Shown in pieces: positions 45,548 through 56,092 of a DNA stretch of 64,000 bases (positions are counted from its first letter, which is position 1; every line of letters starts with the position of its first letter). The position numbers and the translations under genes were made by a program. The stretch covers positions 384,001 to 448,000 of the forward strand of contig CAWGMQ010000003.1 in the NCBI GenBank assembly GCA_963823665.1, given 5' to 3'. Under the pieces are notes generated by a model. It worked only from the letters and a program-made list of their open reading frames with translations. It had not been told where the DNA came from and did no database searches. This DNA comes from an uncultured Planctomycetota bacterium (GTDB taxonomy: Bacteria; Planctomycetota; Planctomycetia; Isosphaerales; Isosphaeraceae).

Positions 45548-46685
45548 ATGAAGCGGTGGATCGCTCTCATCGTCCTGGTAATCGGGCTGTCAGGAGCGAC
45601 GGCATTGATGACGCAGATCGCGACCAACTCGGACGCGGGCCCGACGCCGCTCGCCGTCAATGCGGCCAAGGGTCCCCAGCCCAAAGTCGAGTTCGCCACG
45701 CCTTTGATTTTCGACTTCGGCACGATGTCCCAGCATCGCCAGAACTCACACGTCTGGGAGCTCAAGAACTCCGGCGAAGCCGACCTCGAGATCTGGTTGG
45801 AAGAATCCACATGCTCCTGTACGATCGCCAAGCTGAAGCTACCCGCTACCACTGAGGGCACCGAGCGCAGGACCAAAGCCGCGAGTGCTCGTGAAGCCGA
45901 ACGAGACAACCCCAATTTCCGTCGACTGGGACACCAAGACATTCTCGAACCCCTACTCGCAAAGCGTGACAATCGGCACGACCGATCCCGCCAAGCCGAC
46001 ATTCACACTCACCGTCAAGGGAGCTGTTTATCCGCCGGTACAGATCTATCCACCTGATTTCATCAACCTTCCCGCCATCCCCAACGAAGAGGTCTACCAC
46101 ACGGCGATCGCGGTTTACTCGATGGACATGGCCAACATGAAGGTGACCAAGGTCAGCACGGGTCGCCCGGACCTTTTCAAACCGACCTTTGTTGCCATGT
46201 CAGAGCCGGAGCGTAAGCAACTGCACGTGCCCGCGGGCGGCTTTCGAGTCGACGTCGAGATCAAGCCAGGTCTGCCGCTGGGTCAGTTTGCCGAGACGCT
46301 GGTCATCGAGACCGACCACCCGTTACTGAAAGAACTTCAGGTCGCGATCCGCGGCTATGCGACGGGGCCCATCAGCATCGTGCCGGCCAAGCTGTCACTC
46401 AGGGCAAACAGTGCAGTTGGCGGGACCACCAGCATGAGCGTGCACGTTCGCGGCGGCGAAGACGTCGTATTCACGGTCATACAGAAGCCCGGTGAGAACG
46501 TCGAAATCTCCATCACTCCATACGGCGAGAAACAAAAAGGCAGACACAGGTTGACGGCGACGGTGCCGCCCGGAACGCCCCCTGGGCGAATGGACAAGGA
46601 CCTCATTCTCCACACCACCCATCCCAGGGCGTCCGAAATCAAGATTCCTGCGGACATTATCGTCACGAATTCAAGCTCGGGCTAA
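45548..46685 (+). CDS. DUF1573-type Ig-like exported protein (frameshift near 45880)
   Basis: Signal-like N-terminus; FDFGTM...LKNSGEADL...TCSCT; later ETDHP and TTHP motifs. Confidence 0.78.
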
Positions 46686-46816
46686 AAACCCGGGCGAGGT
46701 GCCCTATCTGAATCGACCGGCTGAATCGAATTGAAACTCGGCGTCGGAGCAGGGGCTCGATCGACCGCGAAGCCCCGCACGCGATGACGCCACGCCCCAG
46801 CACGCGAGGCCCCGGA

Positions 46817-47326
46817 ATGAGGCGGCGCATCGTCCTGATCGTCTCGCTGATCGCACTGGCGGTTACGGCCGCGGTCGTGAGCAGGAACGTCACTATCGCC
46901 AGATTGCCAGCGAATGCACAAGCCACGAAAAAACGCGATGCACCTCAGCCGAAGCTCGCAATCACTGACCCGCTCGTTTACGACTTTGGCAAATCGCCGC
47001 AACTGCGGGCGGGCGCGCACACATGGGTAGTGAAGAACGCCGGCGACAGCGACTTGGAGATATGGCTCGAGGATTCGACCGCGAGCGCGACTGTCAGTCT
47101 GCCCTTGCCGCCGGGAGAACTAAAGCGCGTCCTGCGAATCAAGCCGGCACAGACGGCCACGATCGAATTCCAGTGGAACACGAAGCGGTTTATCAACCAG
47201 TATTCCCAGGCCTGCACGATCGGAACGAACGACCCGCAACGGCCGATTGTGACGCTGGCGGTGCGGGGCAATGTCGTCGCCGCGAATTCCGACTCGAACA
47301 GAGGGCTGCATCATAGGGACCGATGA
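46817..47326 (+). CDS. DUF1573-type protein, short paralog
   Basis: TM N-terminus; YDFG...HTWVVKNAGDSDLEIWLE nearly matches the preceding gene; GTNDPQRP. Confidence 0.75.
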   Translation: MRRRIVLIVSLIALAVTAAVVSRNVTIARLPANAQATKKRDAPQPKLAITDPLVYDFGKSPQLRAGAHTWVVKNAGDSDLEIWLEDSTASATVSLPLPPGELKRVLRIKPAQTATIEFQWNTKRFINQYSQACTIGTNDPQRPIVTLAVRGNVVAANSDSNRGLHHRDR

Positions 47327-47488
47327 TCCGTGGCGACGGAGATTCACTCTCGGTGTAAAGGGCGTCGTCGACCCGCCGACGAATCGATGACAGGCTGGAT
47401 GTCTGTCGCCGCGAACGGGATTGCTCTTATCGCAGATATCGACGGCGGCTATAACTCTCCGAAACGAATCATGGAGGGGAGGCTCACG

Positions 47489-49114
47489 ATGAGGCGGCTC
47501 GATTTTCGACCTGTAGCAAGCACGGCCTTGGCGGCTGCGGTCCTCGTCTATGTGGGCTGCTCGGGCGATCCAGCGGCCAAAACCACGCCGGCGGCCGGCA
47601 AACCCGCCGGCGCCGGAACGCCTGAGCACACTCCGACAACAGCGAAAACCGATCAAACGACCTCACCAATCGACAAGCTGATGGCGGAGCTGAACAACCC
47701 GGCCGCGGTGCTACTCGTATCGGGCCAGCAGGACGGGTACCTGGAGCCGTGCGGCTGCTCGGCCGAGCAAGTTGGCGGTCTGCTTCGCCGCTTCGAGCTG
47801 GTCGAGCGCCTGCGCAAGCAAAACTGGCCTGTTTCGCTCGTCGATCTGGGCGGCCTGATCAAGGACCCGCACTCCCGCGGCGGCTTCGAACAGAACAAGA
47901 TCAAGTTCGACTATGCTCTCAAGGCGTTCAAGCTGCTCGGCTACGACGCTCTGGCCCTCTCGGCCGACGACCTCAAGGTTGGCGTCGGTGAGGCGCTCGG
48001 GCTCTTCGACAACAATTTGGGCGAAAAGACCAAGATCGTGGTTGCCAACGTGCAGCCGGAACAAATCTACGAGAAACTGTTTCGTCGCAGCATCGTCGTC
48101 ACCGCCGGCCCCGTCAAGCTGGGCATCACCGCCGTCATCGATCCCGAAGCGATTCAAAAGCTCGCGGATTCCGAGAAGGACGTGATGCTCACCGCGATCA
48201 AGCCGCCCGACGAGGTGGTGCCGCGCGAGCTGGCCGACCTCGAATCGAAGAGCGACTACCAGGTCCTTCTGGTCCAGGGGCCACCGGCCATGGCGAAGCG
48301 GTTGGCCGAAGCCAACCCCGGCTTTGACGTCGTCGTCGCGAGATCCGAGTTCATCGATCCCCTGAACCGCGAGCCTGAGCTTGTCGGCGGCGGCAAGACC
48401 ATGCTGATCACGACCGGGAAGAAGGGCAAATATGTGGGTGTCATCAGCATCCATCCCAAGGAGGCCAGCCCGCTGCGGTTTCATCTGGTCACCCTCAACC
48501 GTCGCTTCGAGGGCCCCGCCGCGCCCATGAAGGCGCTCATCGAAAATGAGTATCGCCAGACGCTCAAGTCTCTCGGAGTTGTCGAGAACTACGTCCGGAT
48601 CAACGTCGTCAATGCCGCACCCGGCGCAACCTTCGCCGGCGCCGCAGCCTGCAAGGACTGCCATCCCAATACATTCGACAAGTGGAGCAAGACCAAGCAC
48701 AAGCATGCGTTCGAAGCCCTGTTGAACGACCCCAAGCCCAACAGCGCATTTGACGCCGAATGCATCACCTGCCACACCACCGGCTTCGAATACAACTCCG
48801 GGTGGAAGTCGGAGAAAGCAACGCCCCACTTGGCCGGGAACCAGTGCGAGAATTGCCACGGTCCAGCATCCCGCCACATCGCCGAGCCCGATGACCTCGA
48901 GATGCGCAAACCGCTTCACCTCGACGCCGCACAAGCCGAGAAGAGCCAGCTTTGCTACCGCTGTCATGACGAGGACAACTCGCGCGAGTTCGAGTTCAAG
49001 AAGTTCTACGGCAAGATCGTGCACAAGGCGTTGGACAAATACGATGACCCGAAAGTGCACAAGGGGGTCACTCCCAAGACCGCCAAGCCCGCCACGACGG
49101 GTGCCTTGAAATGA
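47489..49114 (+). CDS. Lipoprotein: UshA/5'-nucleotidase-like N-terminal domain fused to a tetraheme c554-like cytochrome
   Basis: GGAGG RBS; lipobox-like LVYVGC; GYLEPCGC...GGL.RR; four CXXCH motifs (CKDCH, CITCH, CENCH, CYRCH). Confidence 0.85.
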   Translation: MRRLDFRPVASTALAAAVLVYVGCSGDPAAKTTPAAGKPAGAGTPEHTPTTAKTDQTTSPIDKLMAELNNPAAVLLVSGQQDGYLEPCGCSAEQVGGLLRRFELVERLRKQNWPVSLVDLGGLIKDPHSRGGFEQNKIKFDYALKAFKLLGYDALALSADDLKVGVGEALGLFDNNLGEKTKIVVANVQPEQIYEKLFRRSIVVTAGPVKLGITAVIDPEAIQKLADSEKDVMLTAIKPPDEVVPRELADLESKSDYQVLLVQGPPAMAKRLAEANPGFDVVVARSEFIDPLNREPELVGGGKTMLITTGKKGKYVGVISIHPKEASPLRFHLVTLNRRFEGPAAPMKALIENEYRQTLKSLGVVENYVRINVVNAAPGATFAGAAACKDCHPNTFDKWSKTKHKHAFEALLNDPKPNSAFDAECITCHTTGFEYNSGWKSEKATPHLAGNQCENCHGPASRHIAEPDDLEMRKPLHLDAAQAEKSQLCYRCHDEDNSREFEFKKFYGKIVHKALDKYDDPKVHKGVTPKTAKPATTGALK

Positions 49115-49386
49115 GAGGAAGTCTCGCAGGGCCTTGCATTTCCGCTCAAAGTCGGCTAAGTTCCCGACAATCTTCTATTGAGGGGTTGTTGGGCGCGGGT
49201 CTCCGGGCACCCGAAGGGTCGCCACCCTCCTCACCGACCGCAGGTCTCCAGGCGGTAGACCCGCCAATCGAAGATTGTCGCAGCACTCGATCTGTTCGCT
49301 GCTCGATCACGATTGACCGCGCAGATGGGTCGCGCACTCCGCAGGCAGTGCCAGGCGCTCTCAAGGAGAGGAAAGGAATTCCGCAG

Positions 49387-49767
49387 ATGAGCGATTCGAT
49401 GCTTGAAACAGCAACAAAACAAGCGGCTTCCGTCTCTTCAAATCCGAAGCGATTGCGCCTCAAGTCACGTTACAGAGAAGACCATCAGAACCCCGTCAAT
49501 CATTTCCTGCACGTCGGAGTGGGCTGGCCGATGGTGGCCCTCGCCGTGATCTTGCTGCCGTTCCGGCCGCTCTGGTCGCTGGGCCTGTTCGTTTCGGGTT
49601 ATGCCATCATGTTCTTCGGACACTTTGTGTTTGAGCGGAACATCCCGACGATCTTCAAAGAGCCGACCACGCCGTTTGTGATGGCCTTTACCGTGATGCG
49701 GCAGATGCTGCAGGCGGCGCGAATTCTGCCGGCCGGCGGACAAAGGACGCGCGGCCGCGACGCATGA
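49387..49767 (+). CDS. DUF962/Mpo1-like membrane protein
   Basis: YREDHQNPVNHFLHVGVG...FFGHFVFERNIP. Confidence 0.8.
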   Translation: MSDSMLETATKQAASVSSNPKRLRLKSRYREDHQNPVNHFLHVGVGWPMVALAVILLPFRPLWSLGLFVSGYAIMFFGHFVFERNIPTIFKEPTTPFVMAFTVMRQMLQAARILPAGGQRTRGRDA

Positions 49768-49888
49768 GTCTCGAGCAGCAGCCTCACTACATGTACTCCG
49801 CGAAGATATAATATCAAACGCAACCGCGCGGCATTCGGGGTACTTCGCCTGGATCATGTGAGTCCGCAGGCGGCAGTGGTCAGGATGA

Positions 49889-50788
49889 GTGGCCATAGTC
49901 ATCAATCGACTCATGTTCGGAAAGAAGCCCGCCCCATTATGGGATGAGCTGGATCCGGCGCCGGTGCGAACACCAGGACGACTGCGCCACTTGAAGCTCA
50001 GCCCGGTCGAGGCCGTTGTCATCTTGCTCACGTTGGCGGTTTTGACTGGGTTGCTTCTCCCCGTTCTTATCGGCCCAGATCGTGATTACTCCCACAGGTT
50101 TCCGCCGGCTAACGCGAGCGCCTCGAATGGCTTCGGTGCGATTGCAGGTGAATACACGCAAGGAGACGGGCTCGGCCTGAGCTGGGCCCTGAGCATTCTT
50201 CCGGATGGGCGATACTCATTCCGCTGGTCTGGCTGTGCAGGCGTGTATAACCGCGAATCCGGCTTTTCGAAACGCGTTGGCGAATACCTGCTGCTGTCGT
50301 CGGTCGCGCCGATCGAACCGCAGATCCCCCGTCTCTTTCTTCCGGTCAAATGGGGCCGCCGCACGTACTTGATTCCTCCCGAGGAGCTAGAGCAGTTCAG
50401 TGACGCGATCATCAAGGGCGACGAGCCGCGAAATGAAGGCGCCCGCGGCCACTTCTATGTCGTCGGCCTGGCCGAACCGGTCGGCGGCGTGCCGGAATTA
50501 CCTGAGCCATGGGCCACATTCCTGCGAAAGAACGCAGTGATCGGCACGGTCGTCGAGGTGAGGGAGCGCGGTCGAGTCAAGGTCGACGTCGGATCGGCGG
50601 ACGGCGTGAGCGCCGAGTCCATCATAACCATTCAGGGACGGGAGCACCTTTTGACCCGGCATCTGAGGATCGTCGCTGTCAACGAGCGAACATCTTTAGC
50701 GGAGGATGTGTACCCAGACGAGCGTGAGAAACCCCTCGCGGTGGGAGACAACATCGTCGTGGCGAAGGAGACGCTCGACTGTCAATGA
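49889..50788 (+). CDS. Hypothetical membrane-anchored protein, paralog of 58646-59614
   Basis: Shared PAxxWDELDPAP, LSILPDGRYS, RESG..KRVGEYL.LS, RTYLIPPE, GVPELP. Confidence 0.75.
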   Translation: MAIVINRLMFGKKPAPLWDELDPAPVRTPGRLRHLKLSPVEAVVILLTLAVLTGLLLPVLIGPDRDYSHRFPPANASASNGFGAIAGEYTQGDGLGLSWALSILPDGRYSFRWSGCAGVYNRESGFSKRVGEYLLLSSVAPIEPQIPRLFLPVKWGRRTYLIPPEELEQFSDAIIKGDEPRNEGARGHFYVVGLAEPVGGVPELPEPWATFLRKNAVIGTVVEVRERGRVKVDVGSADGVSAESIITIQGREHLLTRHLRIVAVNERTSLAEDVYPDEREKPLAVGDNIVVAKETLDCQ

Positions 50789-50846
50789 TGCTGTCGCTCT
50801 TCGGATTAGAGCGTAGGCAATCACGATCGCGTCGCAGGAGGCCGGG

Positions 50847-53042
50847 ATGATGGCAACTTGGAAGCCGCCGTTGAACGTGATCTTGACAATCGGCGTGCTC
50901 GCGACGGGCGTCCACGTTCGATCTGAAGCACTCCAGGCAACGCAGGATCGAGGGGCGGACGCCGGGAAACTCCCGGTCACGGCACCGCTGGCCACACCAA
51001 GCCCACTCGATTTCCCCGACGATCCGCTGCCGAAATACGCTCGGGCGCGACTCGGGACCAATCGGTTTCACAGTCGCGATAACCTGGACGTCGCGTCTTA
51101 CACACCCGATGGAAAGTTCGCATTCACACTCGGAAACGGAAGAATCCGTGTCTGGGACTCGGCGACCGGACGTATCGTTCGAGCTATCGGCGATTCGGAA
51201 AGCGACTTCCGCGCGATGGCGATTTCGCCTGCCGGCAACACGCTCGCAACAACGGCAGGATTCCCCAGCCGCCTTCGGCTGTGGGACCTGCCTTCGGGAC
51301 GCGAGCAGCGACGATGGCACGTGGCCAAAGCCGAGACTTATTACGGACAACTGTGCTTTTCGCCCGATGGCAAGACGCTCGTCGTGGGCGTCTCAACGAA
51401 CGATCAAACCGCGGGGGCACGAAACCAGTTTGTCGATCTGCTCGACCTCGCCGCGAAGACCGAACGCCGTCGCCGGATTGTCGGTGACTGGTTTGGGCTG
51501 CGGGATCTCAAGTTCTCGCCCGATGGCAAGATGCTCGCTGCAGCGAGCATCCAGTGGATCGATGTCAAAGGCCGGACAACTCGGACGATGGAAGGATCGA
51601 CCCATATCTGGAACGTCGCCACCGGTGAGGAACGCCTTCGGTCCAAGGTTGATGGGTATAGCGTTCACTCGGTCGCCTTTTCGTCAGACTCAAACACGCT
51701 CGCGACCGCGATCGAGGATGGCTCCGTCCGTCGCTATGACGTGGGCTCGGGAAAGGAAGTCATGCCGCGCCTGAGCGAGCGGTTTCCGATGCCCCGGCCC
51801 GGCGAACCTGAGGCCCTCCGAGCGTGGTCACGCGGGATGCATTCCGTGGCGTTTTCTCCCGACGGAACGATCCTTGCCGCTGGAGCCGCCGGAACCGACG
51901 AAGACGGCGATCCGTCCCTTGCACGCATTTACTTGTGGGACGCCGTTCGCAGCCGAAAGCTTGCTGAGATTCCGGTGCATTACCAGGTCGTCTCGTCCCT
52001 CTCGTTCTCGCCCGACGGCAAAACGCTGGCCTCGGCCGGTCACGAGGAGGCCGTGCTCTTCTGGAACGTCGCCACTGGCCGTGAGGCGTTTCCGCAGGGC
52101 GGACATTGCTCGCAGATCACCGCGATTGCAATTTCGCGCGCAGACGGAACGGTCTTCACAAGCGGCCTCGACGCCACAATCCGGCAATGGGACCCGAGTT
52201 CGGGCCGCGAGCTCGCGGTCATTGCCAGCTTGGCGAATACGAGCGCTCAATCTCTAGCTGTTGCCCCAGACGGCAAATCGGTCGTGTTCGGCGGCATGCA
52301 CGGGAGGCGCGCCCTGTGGAGCATTCCGCGGGCGCGAGAGATTGATCGCTTTCCTCATGCCAATCCGGAAGCTTCCGTCCACCACGTTGGCTTTTCCCCC
52401 GACGGTAGCCTGGTGGCGTCAGACCTGCATCTCTGGGACGTCGCCACGGGCCGAATACGCGTGCAATTCCCGTATGACAAAAGCGCGGACGGCGGCTCTG
52501 CTTGCTTCTTCCCCCTCTTTTTTTCTCATGACGGCAAGGAGGTGATCGCGACGGAGAACCGCGGCGTGCGGATCCTGGACGTCGCATCCGGCAAGGAACG
52601 GCGATGGGCCGTACGGGCAAGTCTAGAATCAGATCGACTGGCACTGAGCGTCGACGGCCGATTCCTGGCGGCAGGCGGAGCGGGACCCCGCGTCGGATGG
52701 GGAATTAACCCCCGAATCCGCGTTTGGGAGCTCGCGTCGGGTCGGGAGGTCGCACGCTTACGTGGCCATGAAGAGAAGATCAACGGTCTGTCCTTCTCAC
52801 CGGACGGCCGCCTTCTGGCTTCATGCAGCGGGGACTATCGATCGGACAAGGATATGACCGTTCGCGTCTGGGACCTCGCCACAGGCCAAGAGCGGCGACG
52901 ATTCGACGGCCACCGCGGCCCGGTCAGATCCGTCGCGTTCACGCCCGATGGCCGATGGGTCGTTTCCGGCAGCGAGGATTGCACGGGATTAGTCTGGGAC
53001 GTTTCGGACTTGGGAGTAAGTCCAAAGCCGGATCCGGGCTGA
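50847..53042 (+). CDS. WD40-repeat beta-propeller protein
   Basis: DPLPKYARARLGT leader; repeated (F)SPDG..LA...WD units; GH...VAFTPDG...LVWDV end. Confidence 0.9.
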   Translation: MMATWKPPLNVILTIGVLATGVHVRSEALQATQDRGADAGKLPVTAPLATPSPLDFPDDPLPKYARARLGTNRFHSRDNLDVASYTPDGKFAFTLGNGRIRVWDSATGRIVRAIGDSESDFRAMAISPAGNTLATTAGFPSRLRLWDLPSGREQRRWHVAKAETYYGQLCFSPDGKTLVVGVSTNDQTAGARNQFVDLLDLAAKTERRRRIVGDWFGLRDLKFSPDGKMLAAASIQWIDVKGRTTRTMEGSTHIWNVATGEERLRSKVDGYSVHSVAFSSDSNTLATAIEDGSVRRYDVGSGKEVMPRLSERFPMPRPGEPEALRAWSRGMHSVAFSPDGTILAAGAAGTDEDGDPSLARIYLWDAVRSRKLAEIPVHYQVVSSLSFSPDGKTLASAGHEEAVLFWNVATGREAFPQGGHCSQITAIAISRADGTVFTSGLDATIRQWDPSSGRELAVIASLANTSAQSLAVAPDGKSVVFGGMHGRRALWSIPRAREIDRFPHANPEASVHHVGFSPDGSLVASDLHLWDVATGRIRVQFPYDKSADGGSACFFPLFFSHDGKEVIATENRGVRILDVASGKERRWAVRASLESDRLALSVDGRFLAAGGAGPRVGWGINPRIRVWELASGREVARLRGHEEKINGLSFSPDGRLLASCSGDYRSDKDMTVRVWDLATGQERRRFDGHRGPVRSVAFTPDGRWVVSGSEDCTGLVWDVSDLGVSPKPDPG

Positions 53043-53218
53043 TCCACGCTTCCAGCGGCTTTTTCCCAGAAACAAACCGAGCTTCACCCTGCCTTAAGGT
53101 AGCACCTCTACAATCCGTGTGAAACCGTTCAGAAGAACCCCACGGCAGATCAAAGAACCAACCGCGTAGAAGGCACAGCGTTTCGATCTTGCCGGGCGGT
53201 TTTACAGGAGACACACGA

Positions 53219-53968
53219 ATGAGCATCCTCGGAACGACAAAAGGGATCGTCCTCGCGACGGCGGCGTTGTTAGCCCCGGCGCTCGCCCTGGCCCAACCGC
53301 CGGGGCCGCCGGACGACGGCCCGCCACCTCCACGCGAGCGCCGCGGCGCACCGGCAGCGGGCCCCGCCAACGACCAGCCGCGCCGCCCCGGGCCGCCGAT
53401 CATGGCCGCCCTTGACACCAATCGCGACGGCGAGCTCTCCCCGGAAGAAATCCGCAACGCCGTCGCCGCGTTCAAGAAGCTCGACCGCAACCACGATGGA
53501 ACACTCGATCGCTCCGAGCTCGAACCCCGCGGCGGTGAACTGGGTGGACCAGACGGACCTCCCGGCGGACAGCCTCGTGCCGGTCGGTTCGGCGGTCCGC
53601 CGCCCGGTGGAGAAGACAGACCGCCGGGTGGTCCCGATGGCCCGCCGCCGGGTGGACCACCCCGAGAAGCCGGCCCCGGCCGGCCCGCGATCGGCCGCGT
53701 TCTGCCGCCGTTTGTCCGCGAGGAGCTGTCGCTCTCCGACCGCCAGCAAAAGCAAATCGCCGACCTCGAGAGCAGCACGAAGTCGAAGCTGGAGTCGATC
53801 CTCACACCCCGTCAGCTCAAGCAACTGCGCGAACACCTGGCAAGTGGACCGGGCGGACCTGGCAGACCCGGCTTCGGCGGTCCCGGCGGTCGTAATCGCG
53901 GAGGGCCTCCCGGCGACGGCGCGCCCGGCGACGACAACGAGCCTCCCGTGAGGCCCCGCCGGCCGTGA
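53219..53968 (+). CDS. Secreted Gly/Pro-rich EF-hand protein
   Basis: Signal peptide ...ALALA-Q; EF loops DTNRDGELSPEE and DRNHDGTLDRSE; helical LSLSDRQQKQI...ILTPRQ segment. Confidence 0.82.
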   Translation: MSILGTTKGIVLATAALLAPALALAQPPGPPDDGPPPPRERRGAPAAGPANDQPRRPGPPIMAALDTNRDGELSPEEIRNAVAAFKKLDRNHDGTLDRSELEPRGGELGGPDGPPGGQPRAGRFGGPPPGGEDRPPGGPDGPPPGGPPREAGPGRPAIGRVLPPFVREELSLSDRQQKQIADLESSTKSKLESILTPRQLKQLREHLASGPGGPGRPGFGGPGGRNRGGPPGDGAPGDDNEPPVRPRRP

Positions 53969-54163
53969 TCGACAGCTTGCAATGAACACGCTCGTGAGAC
54001 CGTGGTTCGGACGGGGAACCTCCAACCCCCGCATGTGAAGGCGACCGCCGCGGAGGTTCGGGCTCACGCCCGAGGCTCGACGACGTGCGCCCCGTCCGAA
54101 CCACGTACTCACCGCGTTGCCACATTCCGCGATCCCCGCCAAATTCCTGGAGCCCCGGCCGCC

Positions 54164-55396
54164 ATGTCTTCTCGACGAGTGAATCGGCAATGTCCCTTAA
54201 TCATCGTCGTCTTGATCGCCAGCGCATGGACCGGCCTGGTCCGCGCTGACGAACCACCCAGACAAGAAACCCCAGCCAAACCACCGCCATCTGCCGTGCT
54301 CGAATCCTCCGCCGGCCTGAAACCGATCGGCGGCCGCTGGTTCATTCGCGAGGGCAACCCGCCAACCTATATCTTCAAAGACGCCGGCACCTATGTCGAC
54401 CTCTTCAGCTACCACCTCGCCGATTCGAACAAGGACGGCATCCCCAACCTGGCGATCCGCCACAACGACAAGTCTCTCTTGATCGATAGCCAGGGCTACC
54501 CGAACCATCCCACAGCGATCTTCCCCAATACCGGCAATCCGAACCGGATTCGCGTCCAGGATTTTCACTTCCGGCTGCCAATCGAGCCAAAGCTCGCATC
54601 CAGCATCACACGTGTGCCGATGGGGCCAATAGGAATGGCGCTCAACGGCGTGGTCTTCTTCAACCCATTTGAGGCGGGCGGGATGAACGCCATCGAGGGC
54701 TATTCCGAGGTGTGGCTCGATTCTTGCTGCGGCCACCCGCAGCAGCACGGCGTCTATCACTATCACAAGTACCCGAGCTGCGTGAAATCGCCGTTCACCG
54801 ACGACGGCCGGCGCCACTCCCCTGTGCTAGGCTTCGCGTTTGACGGCTTCCCGGTGCACGGCCCCTTCGAAGAGTCCGGCGTGATGGCCAGAGACCTGAA
54901 AGGCGAGCGCGCGCTCGACGTCTGCAACGGCCACACCGACCCGGCCCGCGGCTATCACTACCATGTCACTCCGTCTCGCTTCCCCTATATCATCGGGGGA
55001 TATGCCGGCGTTCCCGATCCGGCCAATAACCCCATGCTCCGTCGCGGCAGCGTCGGGCCAATCGCCGACAACGCCGACCGCTCGGCGACGAAGGAGTTTG
55101 GCATTCGCTCGGTCACACCCGGCAACGCGGCACGCGGCAAGACCCACACGCTCCGGTTCGATCTCGACGCGGCGACCCGCAGCGGCTCGCCGCCGGGAAT
55201 TCCGAGCTGGGTGCAGGTCGGCCCGTTTGAGGCCTCGAAGATCGAGCGTCGGGGTGATACGGTGATGGCGGAGATCACCATCCCTGCCGACTCACCAGCG
55301 GGCGTCTTGCTCGACGCCCATATCGAGTTCGGAAAACCCGGCTCGGGCCTGGTGCGGGTGCTCAAGAAAAACGACGCTCTGCGAGTCGTACCATGA
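54164..55396 (+). CDS. YHYH family protein
   Basis: GPIGMALNGV, GHPQQHGVYHYH, GFAFDGFPVHGP, LDVCNGH...YHYH. Confidence 0.88.
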   Translation: MSSRRVNRQCPLIIVVLIASAWTGLVRADEPPRQETPAKPPPSAVLESSAGLKPIGGRWFIREGNPPTYIFKDAGTYVDLFSYHLADSNKDGIPNLAIRHNDKSLLIDSQGYPNHPTAIFPNTGNPNRIRVQDFHFRLPIEPKLASSITRVPMGPIGMALNGVVFFNPFEAGGMNAIEGYSEVWLDSCCGHPQQHGVYHYHKYPSCVKSPFTDDGRRHSPVLGFAFDGFPVHGPFEESGVMARDLKGERALDVCNGHTDPARGYHYHVTPSRFPYIIGGYAGVPDPANNPMLRRGSVGPIADNADRSATKEFGIRSVTPGNAARGKTHTLRFDLDAATRSGSPPGIPSWVQVGPFEASKIERRGDTVMAEITIPADSPAGVLLDAHIEFGKPGSGLVRVLKKNDALRVVP

Positions 55397-55420
55397 GCAA
55401 ATGAATAAGGGTCCTCGACC

Positions 55421-56092
55421 GTGCGCGTCCTCGTGATCGAAGACGAACCCGATTTGCTCCAGGCGCTGGTGCAGGCGCTTCGCGAAGAGGGCTACGCCGC
55501 CGATCAAGCCGCCGACGGCCGCGAAGGGCTGTTCAAAGCTGAGGGATGCGAATACGAGGCGATTGTGCTCGACCTGTTGCTCCCCGGCCTGGACGGCCTC
55601 GAAGTTCTACGAAGGCTGCGGAAGAGTCGAAGAACCCCAGTGCTCATCCTCACCGCCCGCGACGGTGTCAGCGATCGCGTGCGCGGGCTCGACACTGGCG
55701 CAGATGACTATATCGTCAAACCTTTTGCTCTCTCCGAGCTGCTCGCTCGCCTCCGCGCGCTGATTCGCCGCAGCGCAGGCATGGCCGACCCCGTGATCCG
55801 GATCGGCGACGTCGCGATCGACACCGCCCGGCGCCTGGTCGCACGCGACGGCGTCGACGTGCCGCTCACCGCCCGCGAGTACGCCCTGGTCGAGCTGTTG
55901 GCCCTCCATCGCGGCAAGCTGATCACGCGCACGGTGATCTACGAGCAGCTCTTCGGCGACGATGACGATACGCTTTCCAACGTGGTTGAGGTGCACGTTT
56001 CGCACATCCGTAAGAAGCTCGGCAAAGACTTCATCCAGACCCGGCGCGGCCAGGGTTACCAGATCGATTCGAGCGGAGGCGACGATGTTTAA
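55421..56092 (+). CDS. OmpR-family response regulator
   Basis: RVLVIEDE, VLDLLLPG, LTARD, GADDYIVKPF, winged-helix end TRRGQGY. Confidence 0.95.
   Translation: MRVLVIEDEPDLLQALVQALREEGYAADQAADGREGLFKAEGCEYEAIVLDLLLPGLDGLEVLRRLRKSRRTPVLILTARDGVSDRVRGLDTGADDYIVKPFALSELLARLRALIRRSAGMADPVIRIGDVAIDTARRLVARDGVDVPLTAREYALVELLALHRGKLITRTVIYEQLFGDDDDTLSNVVEVHVSHIRKKLGKDFIQTRRGQGYQIDSSGGDDV

Noticed and set aside
8555..49060. Long antisense ORFs (e.g. 8555-9973, 26197-27999, 37365-38702, 47711-49060)
   Set aside because: They are shadows of well-supported genes, as expected at high GC content.
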